Shown: positions 1 to 8,878, numbered from the stretch's first letter. The stretch is DNA of 32,000 bases from Candidatus Methanoperedens sp. (GCA_041494705.1 JBGQBI010000004.1:60001-92000); one strand, 5' to 3'. Made by a program: numbers and translations. Notes: generated from the sequence alone by a model not told the origin.

Positions 1-1
1 A

Positions 2-346
2 GTATATACCAGGACGCGCGGTACGCATGCAGCATGCCTTGTAAATACAGGGGGTGAATGCGTGGCAAAAGCGATAGACGTTGGAAGGCATAATGCCTTT
101 GATAAGGTTGTAGGGCGCGCCTATCTTGAGGGAATTGATGTAAGCAAGCATTTCATTTTATCTACGGGGCGACAATCAGCCGGCATGGTATTGAAAGCCG
201 CCCGCGCCGGAATTCCTCTTGTAGCAACGAAAACCGCGCCGCTTAACACCGGCATTGATGCCGCCCAAAGGACAAGGGTCTGCCTTGTTTGTTTTGTGTC
301 GCATGATAAAATGTCTGTCTTTGCGCATCCTGAGAGGCTCAAGTGA
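2..346 (+). CDS. fdhD: Formate dehydrogenase accessory sulfurtransferase FdhD, C-terminal part (5' end outside window)
   Basis: The frame is open from the window edge. The translation ...GTHAACLVNTGGECVAKAIDVGRHNAFDKVVG... carries the FdhD DVGRHNAxDK signature. The stop overlaps the mobB start (GTGA). Confidence 0.85.
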   Translation, partial: VYTRTRGTHAACLVNTGGECVAKAIDVGRHNAFDKVVGRAYLEGIDVSKHFILSTGRQSAGMVLKAARAGIPLVATKTAPLNTGIDAAQRTRVCLVCFVSHDKMSVFAHPERLK

Positions 347-837
347 TTCCTGTCATTTGTATTGTGGGGAAAAGCAAAAGCGAAAAAACGAAATTGATGG
401 AAGTATTGATAAAAGAACTGAAGAACCTCGGTCTTCGAGTCGGCGCTATAAAATATCATAAACATGGCGATTTTGATATGGATATCGAAGGTAAGGATAG
501 CTGGAAATATGCAAAAGCAGGTGCAGATGCGGTCGCTATTTCCTCATCGGTGAAGTTTGCATTTATCAAAAAGGCTGAAAAAGGAATGGAAATTGATGAA
601 ATTTGTGATAAATATTTCCCTGATATCGATATTGTGCTTGCCGATGGTTTCACATTATCCGATAAGCCCCGCATCATTGTTGCGGATAGTGATGAGGAGG
701 TTTCTATTTTCAAAAGGGGCTGCCCTGTGATAGCGGTTGCGGGTAAATCAGGGCTTCATGATATAGAACCAATAATGAATAAAATAATTGAGTTTTTGAA
801 AAACCACAGAGAACGCAGAGGACACAGAGAAAAATAA
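343..837 (+). CDS. mobB: Molybdopterin-guanine dinucleotide biosynthesis adapter protein MobB
   Basis: MIPVICIVGKSKSEKTKLMEVLIKEL...GAIKYHKHGDFDMDIEGKDSWKYAKAGADAV...LADGF is typical MobB. The Walker A is deviant (GKSKSEKT, with E where G is usual). The GTG start overlaps the fdhD stop. The last 11 codons and the stop lie inside a repeat element. Confidence 0.85.
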   Translation: MIPVICIVGKSKSEKTKLMEVLIKELKNLGLRVGAIKYHKHGDFDMDIEGKDSWKYAKAGADAVAISSSVKFAFIKKAEKGMEIDEICDKYFPDIDIVLADGFTLSDKPRIIVADSDEEVSIFKRGCPVIAVAGKSGLHDIEPIMNKIIEFLKNHRERRGHREK

Positions 838-1042
838 CAACGCTCTGTGCTCTGGTATGAAAAAGTGTAAAAACCACAAAGCTGAACACAGATGGCACGG
901 ATTCGACGGATTCCCACGGATTTTTTATCCGTGCCAATCCGTACCATCAGCGTAAATCCGTGTTCTACGCCAACCATTGTTTAGGCTTTTTCATGTTCAT
1001 TTGTGAACCGCGTTCATAGCTGACTCTGTGTCCTCCGTGGTT
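802..1042. mobile_element. MITE-like non-coding repeat element, copy 1 (possibly two abutting units)
   Basis: Left end AACCACAGAGAACGCAGAGGACACAGAG (802-829) is inverted at the right end as CTCTGTGTCCTCCGTGGTT (1024-1042). The ends are built from tandem 9-nt CRCAGAGNN units. There is an internal inverted partner CTCTGTGCTCTGG (844-856) and a second AAAAACCACAAAG...ACACAGA (869-892). The centre holds three direct and three inverted ACGGAT(T) units, including the 9-bp stem GGCACGGAT/ATCCGTGCC (894-902/927-935). No ORF. Confidence 0.6.
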
Positions 1043-1125
1043 AATTATCTGACTGGGATTGATAATCCAGAATAAAATAATATGAAATCAACTTATCTAT
1101 TCAATAGCGGGATAAGAAATATTTG

Positions 1126-1785
1126 CTAATATTCATTTATCGTATGGTTACGCCGTTTCATTGGAACGTAGATTACGCCGTCCTCGCCGTCTATTTTAGA
1201 AGCAATGCCATTGCCTTCGCAGTAGGCGACATATGCGGAAAGTATGGCATCCAGTTCGTCATCAAACAAAAGCCTGTCACTCGTAATTGCATCCAGCCCA
1301 TCTATAAAACCTGAAAGTGCATCCTGTATTACCTTTCTGCCTTCCTTTGATTTTTTCTTCTCATCTATGCCAATATTCAGAATTTTCCTGGCTGCATAGG
1401 GGTAAACTTCTATTACCCTGGCATCGAGTTCGGCTTCAGCCCATTTCTTAAGTTCAATCCCCTTATCCACCCATCTGCTTACCCATTGCGCGCCAGAGGG
1501 ATAGCACGGGATTCCATGTTTGCGAAGCCGCCTTTCGCATTCCCTCATTGTCCCGTGCTCAGGTCTTGAAAGAGGCGCATCTATGCCGATAATCCTTGAA
1601 CTTGAATTTTCAGATAAACCGGTTAAGTAATCGCGGATTTTCTTATCGTCTGATATCGTATGCTCAGGTAGAGCTTCTATCCGGGGTTTTCCATTTTTTT
1701 CAATAAGGTAAGCAAGACCCGTACTTTTTCGGAGCATGCTGGTCCCAAGGTCAACGCCTATGAATACTGTTCTTTTATTGCTCAT
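1126..1785 (-). CDS. DUF429-family protein (predicted RNase H-fold nuclease)
   Basis: 219 aa. The pattern VFIGVDLG...IIGIDAPLS...RECERRLRKHGI...VYP resembles DUF429. Recognised from memory only. Confidence 0.5.
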   Translation of the reverse strand: MSNKRTVFIGVDLGTSMLRKSTGLAYLIEKNGKPRIEALPEHTISDDKKIRDYLTGLSENSSSRIIGIDAPLSRPEHGTMRECERRLRKHGIPCYPSGAQWVSRWVDKGIELKKWAEAELDARVIEVYPYAARKILNIGIDEKKKSKEGRKVIQDALSGFIDGLDAITSDRLLFDDELDAILSAYVAYCEGNGIASKIDGEDGVIYVPMKRRNHTINEY

Positions 1786-1812
1786 TCCTGACCCTTCTAA
1801 AACAGAATTTAT

Positions 1813-2268
1813 TTACCTGATGTTAAACTTCACTCCAATCTTAAACAGCCTCCTTGTAGGCAAATTCATGACCTCACACCCCGTTTTCTCAGAAATCTCC
1901 CCCAGAATCTCCTGCATTCTCTCCTCATTCTCAGCCGAAAGCGTGAACCAGATATTGTAATTAGCAGGTCTCAAATAATTATGCGAAACCTCATCATATT
2001 CATTAATAATACCAGCCACCCCCTCAACCCGCTCCTCCGGCACCTTCATAGCCACAAGCGTGCTCACGCCGCCTGTTTTCTTGGTGCTGATTATCGGACC
2101 TATGCGCCTTATTGCCCCTTCTGACTGAAGCCGCCTGATTCGCATTATAACCTCTTCCTCTTTTAATCCCAGGCTTTTTCCAAGCACCTCAAACGGCCTG
2201 TGCTCAAGCGGGAAATCAATCTGAACAGCGTTCAAAATCTTTTTATCAATATCGTCCAGTGAAATCAT
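1813..2268 (-). CDS. Siroheme decarboxylase subunit, AhbA/AhbB (NirD/L/G/H-like, Lrp/AsnC-type)
   Basis: [56 protein letters not shown]...HNYLR... I chose the ATG at 2268 because it overlaps the upstream radical-SAM stop (ATGA). The track ORF extends to 2292. Confidence 0.7.
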   Translation of the reverse strand: MISLDDIDKKILNAVQIDFPLEHRPFEVLGKSLGLKEEEVIMRIRRLQSEGAIRRIGPIISTKKTGGVSTLVAMKVPEERVEGVAGIINEYDEVSHNYLRPANYNIWFTLSAENEERMQEILGEISEKTGCEVMNLPTRRLFKIGVKFNIR

Positions 2269-3332
2269 TTTCTCACCGGCACATACACGCAATACGGCTC
2301 TTCATCCAGGTAATCGCCTGTTGCCGCATACGCCCTCGCACGGCACCCGCCGCACACGGTGCGGTACTCGCAGTCCCCGCATTTGCCCTTAAGCTTTCCC
2401 GGGTCGCGAAGGTCGTTGAAGACTTTAGATTTCTCCCATATCGACTTAAAGGGCTTCCGCCTGATGTTGCCCGCCAGCGCAGGAAGGTATCCGCATGGAT
2501 AGACATCGCCTTTACTTGAGACAAAGCAGAATGCGGAGCCACCAAGGCAGCCTTTCGTCATGGCTTCAAACCCGTGGGTTTCGGGTGTAATCCTTATTCC
2601 CTCGGCTTTTGCACGCTGTCGCATTATCCTGAAATAATGCGGGGCGCACGTGGCTTTTAACTGAATCCTCTTATCCTTGCTCCTGTCATAGAACCAGTTA
2701 AGCACGCGCTCATATTCCTCAGGCGGGATTTCCTCGGATTCTATTTCCTCACCCCTTCCTGTGGGAACAAGCAGGAATATGTGAAGCGCAGACGCTTTTA
2801 ATTCAAGCGCAAATTCATAAATGCGCGGAATTTCAAGAAGGTTCCTTTTCGTTATTGTGGTGTTTATCTGGAAACTCAAGCCCTCTTTCTTTAAAATATC
2901 AATCCCGCGGAGCGCAGCCTCAAATGCCCCGGGCTCTCCCCTGAACGTATCATGCGTCTCTTTTGTGGCGCCGTCGATGCTGATGCTCACCCGCTGTATG
3001 CCCGATTCTTTTAATTTCCTGGCTATCTCTGGTGTTAGAAGAGTCCCGTTGGTGGCAAGCACCGCGCGCAGGCCGCGTCCTGTGGCATACCGTGCAATAT
3101 CATAAACATCAGCGCGAAGAAGCGGCTCACCTCCGGTCAGGATTATAATAGGTTTGTACTCCACCAGTTCATCCACAAAATGTTTTGCCTCAGCCGTGGA
3201 TAATTCATCTGGTGCTGGCTCTTTAATCGCCGATGCCCGGCAGTGTATGCAGGCAAGATTGCAGGCGTTTGTCAATTCCCATGCAATAAGCCTTGGAGGT
3301 TTGACTGTATGTTCTATCAATAAATCACGCAT
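2265..3332 (-). CDS. Radical SAM/SPASM enzyme of the AhbC/AhbD (NirJ-like) alternative haem biosynthesis family
   Basis: N-terminal [21 protein letters not shown] contains the CxxxCxxC radical-SAM cluster. The C-terminal Cys-rich SPASM region reads [18 protein letters not shown]. It is translationally coupled to the AhbA/B-like gene. AhbC and AhbD cannot be told apart by eye. Confidence 0.7.
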   Translation of the reverse strand: MRDLLIEHTVKPPRLIAWELTNACNLACIHCRASAIKEPAPDELSTAEAKHFVDELVEYKPIIILTGGEPLLRADVYDIARYATGRGLRAVLATNGTLLTPEIARKLKESGIQRVSISIDGATKETHDTFRGEPGAFEAALRGIDILKKEGLSFQINTTITKRNLLEIPRIYEFALELKASALHIFLLVPTGRGEEIESEEIPPEEYERVLNWFYDRSKDKRIQLKATCAPHYFRIMRQRAKAEGIRITPETHGFEAMTKGCLGGSAFCFVSSKGDVYPCGYLPALAGNIRRKPFKSIWEKSKVFNDLRDPGKLKGKCGDCEYRTVCGGCRARAYAATGDYLDEEPYCVYVPVRK

Positions 3333-3373
3333 TATCTTTTGTTACCTTAACCTTTATGTAATCAGCGAATAAA

Positions 3374-3505
3374 ATGGCTATCATGAGTTACTTGGATGCA
3401 GCTTTTTCCGCCGTATGGATTGTTTTCATAGCTTATATTTTAAACCTGATTCGAATACGGCGTGGATTAAACAAAGAACTTAAAACCCTTGAAAGCCTGA
3501 GATAA
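3374..3505 (+). CDS. CcmD-like small membrane protein (43 aa micro-ORF, not in ORF track)
   Basis: MAIMSYLDAAFSAVWIVFIAYILNLIRIRRGLNKELKTLESLR has one TM helix followed by a basic/coiled tail, matching the YLxAAYxxxWxxxxxY...R...L..EL..L pattern of the alternative CcmD family. The stop TAA shares its last A with the next ATG (TAATG). Confidence 0.55.
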   Translation: MAIMSYLDAAFSAVWIVFIAYILNLIRIRRGLNKELKTLESLR

Positions 3506-3897
3506 TGACCATCGGGAATATTTTAAATTACAGAACAATTGCAGTAGTGGGTATTTCTGATGACCCGGAGCGTCCGAGCCATTTTGTGGCAAGTTTCCTT
3601 GAATCGCACGGTTATAAAATCATCCCCGTAAACCCGAAATTGACTGAGTGGGAAGGGAAAAAATGCTATCCTGACCTCATATCCATACCTGAAAAGGTTG
3701 ATGTGGTGGATATTTTCAGGCGATCTGAAGCTGTTCCTCCCATTGTGGATGAGGCAATTAAAATAAAAGCAAAAGCTGTGTGGATGCAGGAGGGTATCGT
3801 GAATGAAGAGGCTGCTGCAAAAGCACGGGATGCGGGGATTGAAGTTGTTATGGACAGGTGCATGAAGAAAGAATATATCAGGTTACTCGGAAGCTAA
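3505..3897 (+). CDS. CoA-binding domain protein (YccU/YneT-like)
   Basis: YRTIAVVGISDDPERPSHFVASFLESHGYKIIPVNPK...VDIFR...AVWMQEG is the typical CoA_binding_2 layout. Confidence 0.8.
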   Translation: MTIGNILNYRTIAVVGISDDPERPSHFVASFLESHGYKIIPVNPKLTEWEGKKCYPDLISIPEKVDVVDIFRRSEAVPPIVDEAIKIKAKAVWMQEGIVNEEAAAKARDAGIEVVMDRCMKKEYIRLLGS

Positions 3898-4241
3898 AGC
3901 AACTTCAAATGCCCTGTAATCTTATCCAGTTCCCCGACTTCAGCAGGCCCAATCCCCAGCACTGTAATCGTTCCGGGCGGCACCTCCGTAAGTCCGGCAT
4001 CGGTTATCAACATGGAAGGCAAACCCTGTCTTCTTGCAAGCTCCTTCAATTCAAAAAGGTCTTTCAAACCTGGAACTCTCAATACCACTTTCTTCTGCCC
4101 GCCCTCTTTCCACGCCTCTCTGGCCTCCTTTCGTGCACATTCATACGAAGAGAGTGCTGCATGCGCCACCTGGACTGCAAGCTTCCCTTTTGACAATTTC
4201 AGGTCATCACGCACAATGATGCATTGCTTGTACTCTGTCAT
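3894..4241 (-). CDS. pth2: Peptidyl-tRNA hydrolase, archaeal type (Pth2)
   Basis: KQCIIVRDDLKLSKGKLAVQVAHAAL...LITDAGLTEVPPGTITVLGIGPA...ITGHLKLL is the Pth2 signature. Its 3' end overlaps the convergent CoA-binding gene by 4 nt. Confidence 0.92.
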   Translation of the reverse strand: MTEYKQCIIVRDDLKLSKGKLAVQVAHAALSSYECARKEAREAWKEGGQKKVVLRVPGLKDLFELKELARRQGLPSMLITDAGLTEVPPGTITVLGIGPAEVGELDKITGHLKLL

Positions 4242-4250
4242 AGCGTCCTG

Positions 4251-4592
4251 TCACTTAACAAGCATCCCTTTCTCGTCAAACTTCAACGTGTCTTTTCGCT
4301 CAAACCATTCTTTTCCAAGCTGGATGGATTCTTCCCTGTTAAAATCCCCGACTGCAATAATTTCACTATTGGTAACAACGGCTTCAAATGGAATAGACAT
4401 GAAAGCTTCCGGATTTTTTACGATAAATCCTTTTTCGGTAACTGCAATGCTTTCACCAATATCTATACCGTTTTGTTTGACAAATTTGCCCGTATATCCA
4501 AGGGCTCTGGATTTATTATCTTCTTTTTCCGAAGCCCCTGTATTTTTCTTTAGAAAATTAGAAATTTTATTGATGATTGACATGAATATCAT
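4251..4592 (-). CDS. Hypothetical protein
   Basis: 113-aa ORF co-directional with pth2 and separated from it by only 9 nt. I recognise no family. Confidence 0.45.
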   Translation of the reverse strand: MIFMSIINKISNFLKKNTGASEKEDNKSRALGYTGKFVKQNGIDIGESIAVTEKGFIVKNPEAFMSIPFEAVVTNSEIIAVGDFNREESIQLGKEWFERKDTLKFDEKGMLVK

Positions 4593-4642
4593 TTATTGTT
4601 CATTCTAAAATATATACTATTTGAATAAAGTAAAGTTAATAA

Positions 4643-5251
4643 TCATTCATGAGTCCCCGGGATTGTCCCAAGCGCTTCATCGATTTCCCCTGCCAGGTTA
4701 AAAGGTATTCCTACCACAAGCTCATCATCCGGATATTTGCTGTGTTTCCTTGAACCCTTGCACCCGAGCGATATCCCGAGCTTTCCCTGCAATGGATAAG
4801 TTGTACAGTCGCTGCATATCGAGGCAATCCCGCCTGTCCTGAATTCAACCGGTTTCCCGCTATGGTAAGCATGCGCCTGGACAATACGCATCGCACGCTC
4901 AGGTTTCAGGAAAAGGAGGAGGATATCAAAATCCCCGCCTGAATAAGGGCTGATCCTTATTGATTTTCCTTTTTTCGTGAGCCTGTAAAGATTGGCGACT
5001 GCGTTCTTTGCTGCATTTTTATCCCGGTATCTCCTTGAATTATAATAATAATCAAGGGGTGTGATTTCCGTATTGCCAAGCACGTACTCTCCTACTTTGC
5101 AGCCCTGGTTTTTTATCAGGAATGACTCGCCGAACCTGGCTTTCTGGACAAGCTCACAATACAGCTCGTGCGTTTGTTCACCCTCTTCATCGGTGAAAAG
5201 CACGCTTACCGGCTTGCCTTTATCCATTAACGAAGGAATGCGGCGCAGCAT
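4643..5251 (-). CDS. DUF169-family protein
   Basis: 202 aa. The Cys pattern (CSDC...GCKGSR) and overall layout resemble DUF169/COG2043. It lies 5 nt downstream of the surface-protein gene on the same strand. Confidence 0.45.
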   Translation of the reverse strand: MLRRIPSLMDKGKPVSVLFTDEEGEQTHELYCELVQKARFGESFLIKNQGCKVGEYVLGNTEITPLDYYYNSRRYRDKNAAKNAVANLYRLTKKGKSIRISPYSGGDFDILLLFLKPERAMRIVQAHAYHSGKPVEFRTGGIASICSDCTTYPLQGKLGISLGCKGSRKHSKYPDDELVVGIPFNLAGEIDEALGTIPGTHE

Positions 5252-5256
5252 GGGTA

Positions 5257-6675
5257 TTAGTGGGCTAATGTTGTTGTGCCATCTATATATCCTGTTTTCC
5301 GCGCAGTCACACTTATGGTTCCAGAAGCCGCCGCATTGAGCTGCAATGTCGCCTGGCCATTTGAATTTGTAATCCCGTCCGCGGTAATGCCTCCGCCCGA
5401 CACGCTCACAGTTGCACCGCTCACGGCAGAACCGCCGCTTGTTACCGTAAAGGTCACATACGCAGCTACGCCGTTTGTGATATTTGAAGGACTTGCACTC
5501 ACGCCGAGAGTTGGCTGCCCGAGGGCTGTAAGCGTGGCGCTAGTACCTGAGAAACCATTCTTGGTCGCAGATGCGGTAATTGTGCCCGTGCCTGTCGAAT
5601 TGACCTGGAGTATGACCTGACCGTTCTGGTTTGTAATCCCGCTTCCGCTTGCTGCTCCTGTAAGAGTGACTGTGGATTCGCTTACCACGTTACTCCCGCT
5701 CGTTACCGTGAACATAACATAGGTTGGGATTCCCGCTGTAACAGATGTCGGGCTTGCAGCAAGCGATAATGATTGTGTGCCTGTCGAAGTTATTGCGACC
5801 GAGCCGCCCGCATAACCTGCTTTACTTGCAGAGGCTGTTATTGTGCCTGTTGAACCCGGCGTGAAGGATATAATGGCTTTGCCGTCCTGATTCGTTATTC
5901 CGGTTCCCGACACTGGGCCGCTCAGAGTGACCACAGCGTCATTCACAGCAGAGCCGCCTGCTGTAACCGTTAAGGTAACAAACACCGGGACATTGACCGT
6001 GACTGAACTGTGGCTTGAAGAAACACTCAATGTTTGCTGGCTTGCGGATGTTATGGTTGTTGAATCGTCAGCATATCCTGTTTTTTTGGCAACCGCGGTA
6101 ATCGAACCGGCATTTGGGGGATTCAATTGAAGAATTATCTGGCCGTTGGAATTTGTAACTCCGTCCATGGCAATCCCGGCTCCGGAAAGATTCAGGGCTG
6201 CGCCTTCAACAGGTTTTCCGAGACCGTTCACCGAAAATGTAACAAAAGAAGCTGTACCCGAGGTTATTGAGCCAGGAGTTGCGCTGATAATAAGACCGGG
6301 TGTAGCCAGAAGACTTGAAGTCGCATTTTTGTAACCTGTTTTTTCTGCAATAACATTGACACTTCCATTTGTGGTGGCATTTATTGAAATTTCAAGCCTG
6401 CCGTTTGTATCCGTGGTTCCTCGCCCGGATGCAGCGCCATCAAGTGTTATATTGGCATTTCCAATAGCTTCACCGTTGCTGAAAGTGATAAAGGTGACAT
6501 TGGAAATCCTTCCCACGCCCACGTTGCCGGGGAAACCAATGATATACATCCGGGAAGTATCCGTCCAGCCATTGATAAAACTGTCCAGGCCAAATCCCGC
6601 AATTATTCCTCCGACCAATACAATTAAAATAATATATTTCGTTTTCCTGTCATCATCGTATCCTCTAATATCCAT
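5257..6675 (-). CDS. Cell-surface protein: N-terminal TM anchor plus five tandem ~87-aa Ig-like/carboxypeptidase-regulatory-like repeats
   Basis: N-terminal YIILIVLVGGIIAGFGL is a TM helix. It is followed by five repeats, each ending in ...G(I/V)TN.NGQ..LQ.N....G.IT..A.K.GY....T. The protein is Thr/Ser/Gly-rich. Confidence 0.75.
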   Translation of the reverse strand: MDIRGYDDDRKTKYIILIVLVGGIIAGFGLDSFINGWTDTSRMYIIGFPGNVGVGRISNVTFITFSNGEAIGNANITLDGAASGRGTTDTNGRLEISINATTNGSVNVIAEKTGYKNATSSLLATPGLIISATPGSITSGTASFVTFSVNGLGKPVEGAALNLSGAGIAMDGVTNSNGQIILQLNPPNAGSITAVAKKTGYADDSTTITSASQQTLSVSSSHSSVTVNVPVFVTLTVTAGGSAVNDAVVTLSGPVSGTGITNQDGKAIISFTPGSTGTITASASKAGYAGGSVAITSTGTQSLSLAASPTSVTAGIPTYVMFTVTSGSNVVSESTVTLTGAASGSGITNQNGQVILQVNSTGTGTITASATKNGFSGTSATLTALGQPTLGVSASPSNITNGVAAYVTFTVTSGGSAVSGATVSVSGGGITADGITNSNGQATLQLNAAASGTISVTARKTGYIDGTTTLAH

Positions 6676-6795
6676 CCCTCCGGGAATTATATTTTAAATG
6701 CAATGAGGATACATATAAAGATTCCCGGCAGGCTTTCCATTAAATCTATATATATAGAAAAGAATAATTTGTTATTAAGATTCCGAGGTGGATTA

Positions 6796-7113
6796 ATGGA
6801 TATAAAACATATTTCCCTTGCCGGCGTTATGACCCTGTCTTCGATAGTATTGACTTATAAATGGCTTACGCGTCTTGGCAATTCGGACCCGGTTATCATC
6901 ATTTCCGCTATGCTTTTGATTGGTTCACTTGCGGTCATGATACTATTGATTGACCAGAGGCTTCGGGGCATTGAAGAAACGCTTGATGCAAAAGAGCGTT
7001 CTATCAGGATAAATATCAAAGGCGTTGAAGAGCATCTTGATAAAAAGATGGATACTATTGTTAAAAGCACCAGTAATACCATCGGTGAATTTTCTAAGAA
7101 GATGTATCGCTAA
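6796..7113 (+). CDS. Small membrane protein (two predicted TM helices plus coiled C-terminus), hypothetical
   Basis: The ATG at 6796 is preceded by GAGGTG at 6785-6790. The sequence starts MDIKHISLAGVMTLSSIVL...VIIISAMLLIGSLAVMILLI. The track ORF begins upstream at 6703 with no RBS. Confidence 0.55.
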   Translation: MDIKHISLAGVMTLSSIVLTYKWLTRLGNSDPVIIISAMLLIGSLAVMILLIDQRLRGIEETLDAKERSIRINIKGVEEHLDKKMDTIVKSTSNTIGEFSKKMYR

Positions 7114-7396
7114 GCGCATCCTTTATTATAGAAATTATTTGTTCCATTACTTTTGCGGCTTCACCGGTGTTTTTTATTTTCCTGATGTCCACGCGCCCGC
7201 TTTGATACAGCATCACGCTTCTCCCTTCAAATTCAAAACGTGCAACTCCAAGTTTTACTGAGCATTTTAATTCCTTTGCGCCTGTTTGCCTTAAAATATC
7301 ACACAATTTCTCAATATTCACCTTTTTCCCGAGATGACATTCTGCAATATATCGGGTGGGGTCGTCTATGCACGGGCGGGAAAGCCTGATTTCCAT
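7094..7396 (-). CDS. Hypothetical protein (weak resemblance to a TBP-like half-domain)
   Basis: First ATG at 7396 (MEIRLSRPC...). The track ORF extends to a TTG at 7504. The segment SVMLYQSGRVDIRKIKNTGEAAKVMEQI loosely recalls a TBP repeat. Its 3' end overlaps the convergent gene by 20 nt. Confidence 0.4.
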   Translation of the reverse strand: MEIRLSRPCIDDPTRYIAECHLGKKVNIEKLCDILRQTGAKELKCSVKLGVARFEFEGRSVMLYQSGRVDIRKIKNTGEAAKVMEQIISIIKDALSDTSS

Positions 7397-7595
7397 GAAG
7401 AATGTTAATAGTGGAAAGGAATATAAGAACTCTGCCGTGAGAGGGTGAGAAGGATCTTTCGGCTCATCTCTTTTTTTATCAGCCGAAGACTTGACAGTAC
7501 CCAATTTAGCAAAGTTTAAATATCGTAATGATTATTAAAAATATTGGGGAAACATGATTGTATTTTTTAAAGACATCATGTAGAGGTGACATAAC

Positions 7596-7793
7596 ATGGT
7601 TAAAATAATGCATGCACAAACAGTTCTTACACAAGAGGATATCGAAGCCCTGAAACAAAAGACGGGTGAAAGCAACGCCAAGGATGCAATTGCCAAAGCT
7701 GTTGCACATTATCTTGAGTGCGAATACACCGGGGTTGAGGATATGTGGGTAAAGAAACTTGAAAAAGTAGTGAAGCGCAAGCAGAAGGAATGA
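7596..7793 (+). CDS. Small ribbon-helix-helix (CopG-like) DNA-binding protein
   Basis: A strong SD GAGGTGA sits 7 nt upstream of the ATG. QTVLTQEDIEALKQKTGESNAKDAIAKAVAHYL fits a strand-helix-helix pattern. Confidence 0.55.
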   Translation: MVKIMHAQTVLTQEDIEALKQKTGESNAKDAIAKAVAHYLECEYTGVEDMWVKKLEKVVKRKQKE

Positions 7794-7807
7794 GCTAATA
7801 TCAATTA

Positions 7808-8863
7808 TTACAACCGCATCCGCCCGATAATAATAAAATCAACTCTTGAATCGGCTACACCGTATATCATTTCTTTTCTCACACTGTTGGCAAGCCTCAC
7901 TGCACGCGAAAGCTGCTGCAGTGAAAAAACATGGGTCTCATCTATCGCATGAACGAGGTAATCCGAATGGGGCAGGCTGGATATTTCTTCAAAGCTCTTA
8001 TAAACACGAAAATGCGTGCCAAATTTAAATCCTGTCTTGGGAACAAGGCCGTTATTCCGCAGCGTCTTGTAAACAGCAAGTTTTATCATGAAATCTGATT
8101 CAATATTAGATGCAAGTCTTGAAAACTCATCAAAATCCAGCTTTTTATGATTCCTTTGTTCAATGTTCAGAATCCCTTTACCCAGAAGATAACACGATTC
8201 AACCAGTGACAACTGCAGGTGTCCTTCATCCATTGGTTTGCCAAAAAACCCCTCATTATGAAGGACTGATGAAGCCTCCGGGTCCCATACCATTACCCTG
8301 TCTTCAAGAAGGCTTGCGGTAGATGCCAGCCTGTCCAGTTTTAATTCATAAGAACCCGAGGGAATTGTTTTTTTCACTTCGTAATAGGTAATATCGCTTT
8401 CTTCATCCACTATTGCCAGAACCAGTCGTTTCTTCAGGTTTTCAACAGTGTCGAGGTGTGTTCTCAGGTCAGAAAGCAAAAGCGGTATCCTCTCGGATGT
8501 CACAAAAACAAAAAATTCTGCCGGCGTCTTGCCCGGATGCCCTCCGCGCGGATAAACCCGGAAACCCGTGACTGCAGGCTGGATAAAGTATCCGCGTTCT
8601 CTCAGGTCCTTATAAGTAATATACAATAATTCAAAATTTTTTACTAACAATGATGCTTTAAGGAAAAATTGATTAAAATCAAGTTCTTTTCCCCGGAATT
8701 CAACTTTTATTTTTCCAACATAAATAAGATAAGCGCTCTCGATTAGGGAAACTTCAAGCCTGTCATCTCTTGGACGGCCGTAAAAACTTGTGTTAAATAA
8801 TTCCTCTATCGCCTGTTTATCGAGTATTACCGCATTTTCGGTTAATTTTCCTGATATTGTCAT
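7808..8863 (-). CDS. endA: tRNA-splicing endonuclease (tRNA-intron lyase), two-repeat homodimer type
   Basis: 351 aa with a duplicated EndA unit: FYGRPRDDRLEVSLIESAYL...GFRVYPRG and FFGKPMDEGHLQLSLVESCYL...GTHFRVYK...YLVHA. Confidence 0.9.
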   Translation of the reverse strand: MTISGKLTENAVILDKQAIEELFNTSFYGRPRDDRLEVSLIESAYLIYVGKIKVEFRGKELDFNQFFLKASLLVKNFELLYITYKDLRERGYFIQPAVTGFRVYPRGGHPGKTPAEFFVFVTSERIPLLLSDLRTHLDTVENLKKRLVLAIVDEESDITYYEVKKTIPSGSYELKLDRLASTASLLEDRVMVWDPEASSVLHNEGFFGKPMDEGHLQLSLVESCYLLGKGILNIEQRNHKKLDFDEFSRLASNIESDFMIKLAVYKTLRNNGLVPKTGFKFGTHFRVYKSFEEISSLPHSDYLVHAIDETHVFSLQQLSRAVRLANSVRKEMIYGVADSRVDFIIIGRMRL

Positions 8864-8878
8864 ATCAATCCATTAATA

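Noticed and set aside
893-965. Short repeated ACGGATT units as a possible CRISPR-like array
   Set aside because: The units are 7-9 nt, occur in direct plus inverted orientation, and have no spacers of regular length. They form a hairpin inside a MITE-like element, not a CRISPR array.
4012-4608. 198-aa plus-strand ORF spanning the pth2 region
   Set aside because: It is antisense to Pth2, which has unmistakable family signatures, and to the neighbouring 113-aa gene. Its sequence is Ser/Phe-rich with no motif.
6703-6795. Upstream extension of the small membrane protein ORF
   Set aside because: GAGGTG sits correctly spaced before the internal ATG at 6796. The extension lies in AT-rich, promoter-like sequence.
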